Part shown: positions 62,667-64,000 of the stretch, one piece after another
How the letters are laid out: each line of letters starts with the position of its first letter
Position numbering within the stretch: position 1 is the stretch's first letter
Source: an uncultured Planctomycetales bacterium
GTDB taxonomy: Bacteria > Planctomycetota > UBA1135
Direction of reading: 5' to 3'
Assembly (NCBI GenBank): GCA_964637165.1
Contig: CAZWVI010000005.1
Coordinates: 70,322 to 134,321, forward strand
Length of the DNA: 64,000 nucleotides
The notes under the pieces: generated by a model
What the model was told of the DNA's origin: nothing
What the model saw: only the letters and a program-made list of their open reading frames with translations
Database searches by the model: none
Position numbers and translations under genes: made by a program

Positions 62667-64000
62667 ATGTTCGATTTCTCCGAAACTACTACCGCGACGG
62701 GCTTCTTGCTTAGCTTGCCAACATTAGTGAACATTGCCGGCATCATTGTTGGCGCACTTGCCTTAGGTTTCTTGGCCGCACCACTTGTGGTTTGGACTCT
62801 TGCCGGCGCAGTGTTGCTCGCGGGCTTTTCTGCGCCAACTTGGTTGTGGATCGGCTTTGGTGTATTTGCCGCAGTGTTTAATCTCTTGCCAATTCGTCGA
62901 ACTTTAATCACCAAACCTTTAATGGGGGTCATGAAGAGCGCCGGATTTATCCCGGAAATTTCTGATACCGAACGCCAAGCTTTGGAGGCTGGAACAACTT
63001 GGGCGGATGCGGATTTGTTTTCGGGAAAGCCTGACTTCGAAAAGTTAATGGCCGAGGCTTATCCAGAAATGAATGAAGAGGAGCAAGCTTTTTTCGATGG
63101 GCCGGCCGAAGAAGTTTGTCGCATGACTAATGATTGGCAAGTTTTTCAAGAACGTGATTTGGACCCAAGTATTTGGCAATATTTAAAAGATAAGGGTTTC
63201 TTTGGAATGATAATTCCGAAGAAATTTGGCGGATTGGAATTTTCTCCAATCGCAATTAGTTCCATCATTGCAAAGTTGTCTTCGCGTTCGATGCCCTTGG
63301 GTATCACCGCAATGTTGCCCAACTCCTTGGGGCCTGGTGAATTGATTTACCACTATGGAACCGACGCGCAAAAAGATGATTGGCTGCCACGCTTGGCAAA
63401 TGGTTCGGAAGTTCCGTGCTTTGCATTGACTGAGCCAACCGCGGGCTCAGATGCTGGAGGTATTCAATCCACTGCCGAAGTGTTCAAAGATGAAAGTGGT
63501 GAATTGAAATTAAAACTAAACTGGACGAAGCGTTATATCACTTTGGCTTCGCGCGCTACTGTGCTTGGGCTTGCGGTAAAGTTGCACGACCCTTCAAACT
63601 TATTGGGCAAGGGTTTTCATCCTGGAATTACTTGTGTGTTGGTTTCGACCGATACTCCCGGAGTAGTTAATGATGAACAACACGACCCATTAGTTGTACC
63701 GTTTATTAATTGCCCGACTTCTGGGAAAGATGTAATTGTGGACGCTGATGCAATTATTGGCGGCGCCGATGGTGCTGGCAAGGGTTGGTTAATGTTGATG
63801 GAATGTTTAGCAGCTGGTCGTGGCATCATGCTTCCAGCTCAAGGGGCCGCTGGCACCAAATTGGCGGCGCGAATTACCGGAGCCTATTCAGTAGTTCGTA
63901 AGCAATTCGGAATGTCGATTGGTAAATTTGAAGGAATCGAAGAGCCACTGGCGCGCATTGGTGGGTGGGCTTACACGCTTGAAGCGGCCCGCCGTTATAC
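62667..64000 (+). CDS. fadE: Large FadE-type acyl-CoA dehydrogenase, 3-prime truncated by the window end
   Basis: Not in the ORF track because it has no stop. My own translation from ATG 62667 gives MFDFSETTTATGFLLSLPTL..., with two N-terminal TM helices, then FFGMIIPKKFGGLEFS, CFALTEPTAGSDAG and GAGKGWLMLMECLAAGRG. The frame stays open to position 64000. Confidence 0.88.
   Translation, partial: MFDFSETTTATGFLLSLPTLVNIAGIIVGALALGFLAAPLVVWTLAGAVLLAGFSAPTWLWIGFGVFAAVFNLLPIRRTLITKPLMGVMKSAGFIPEISDTERQALEAGTTWADADLFSGKPDFEKLMAEAYPEMNEEEQAFFDGPAEEVCRMTNDWQVFQERDLDPSIWQYLKDKGFFGMIIPKKFGGLEFSPIAISSIIAKLSSRSMPLGITAMLPNSLGPGELIYHYGTDAQKDDWLPRLANGSEVPCFALTEPTAGSDAGGIQSTAEVFKDESGELKLKLNWTKRYITLASRATVLGLAVKLHDPSNLLGKGFHPGITCVLVSTDTPGVVNDEQHDPLVVPFINCPTSGKDVIVDADAIIGGADGAGKGWLMLMECLAAGRGIMLPAQGAAGTKLAARITGAYSVVRKQFGMSIGKFEGIEEPLARIGGWAYTLEAARRY

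Noticed and set aside
1-64000. Mobile elements, prophage, CRISPR arrays, toxin-antitoxin pairs, known defence systems, and tRNA or rRNA genes.
   Set aside because: No integrase, transposase or recombinase motifs, no spacer-repeat arrays, no tRNA-like cloverleaf segments in the few spacers over 100 bp, and no recognisable defence-gene motifs were seen. The window reads as core chromosome.

Overview
This is a compact, almost fully coding 64 kb bacterial chromosomal window of about 53 protein genes, many with overlapping or near-abutting start and stop codons. I found no rRNA, tRNA, CRISPR array, transposase or integrase. The taxon cannot be fixed from sequence alone. The gene content suggests a diderm, probably marine-type lineage such as PVC, Myxococcota or Bdellovibrionota: FG-GAP/ASPIC and HAF-repeat exoproteins, a TPR Ser/Thr kinase, an ECF-like sigma factor, and many secreted proteases.

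Gene content:
- Housekeeping genes: rnd, priA, gpmI, ygfZ, nnrD, queA, crcB, and an inositol-3-phosphate synthase.
- One OmpR/histidine-kinase two-component pair.
- A fatty-acid beta-oxidation block: fadD, TetR, SDR, plsC, then fadI-fadJ, TetR, fadE. fadE runs off the 3-prime end of the window.
- An exoprotein-rich set: an S8 protease, an M28 peptidase, a metzincin, a beta-helix protein, two HEAT+vWA proteins, two HAF-repeat proteins and two FG-GAP/ASPIC proteins.

Observations most worth follow-up:
1. A palindromic element, TGACC-N10-GGTCA with conserved flanks, occurs six times and always at a gene boundary. Two copies are 28/28 identical.
2. Five otherwise unrelated secreted proteins share a roughly 105-110 aa C-terminal module.
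3. One member of the tandem FG-GAP/ASPIC pair is decaying, with a frameshift, an in-frame TAA and a deletion.
4. A tightly coupled operon encodes a double-DUF2249 protein, a His-rich 12-TM protein and a DUF59 protein, followed by crcB.
5. Several orphan modules are also of interest: a Cys-rich mini-lipoprotein next to a COG0523 GTPase, a membrane-fusion-like protein coupled to a GGQ protein, and a beta-helix protein with a Cys-motif C-terminal anchor.

All functional calls rest on motifs read by eye from the ORF translations. No database search was possible.
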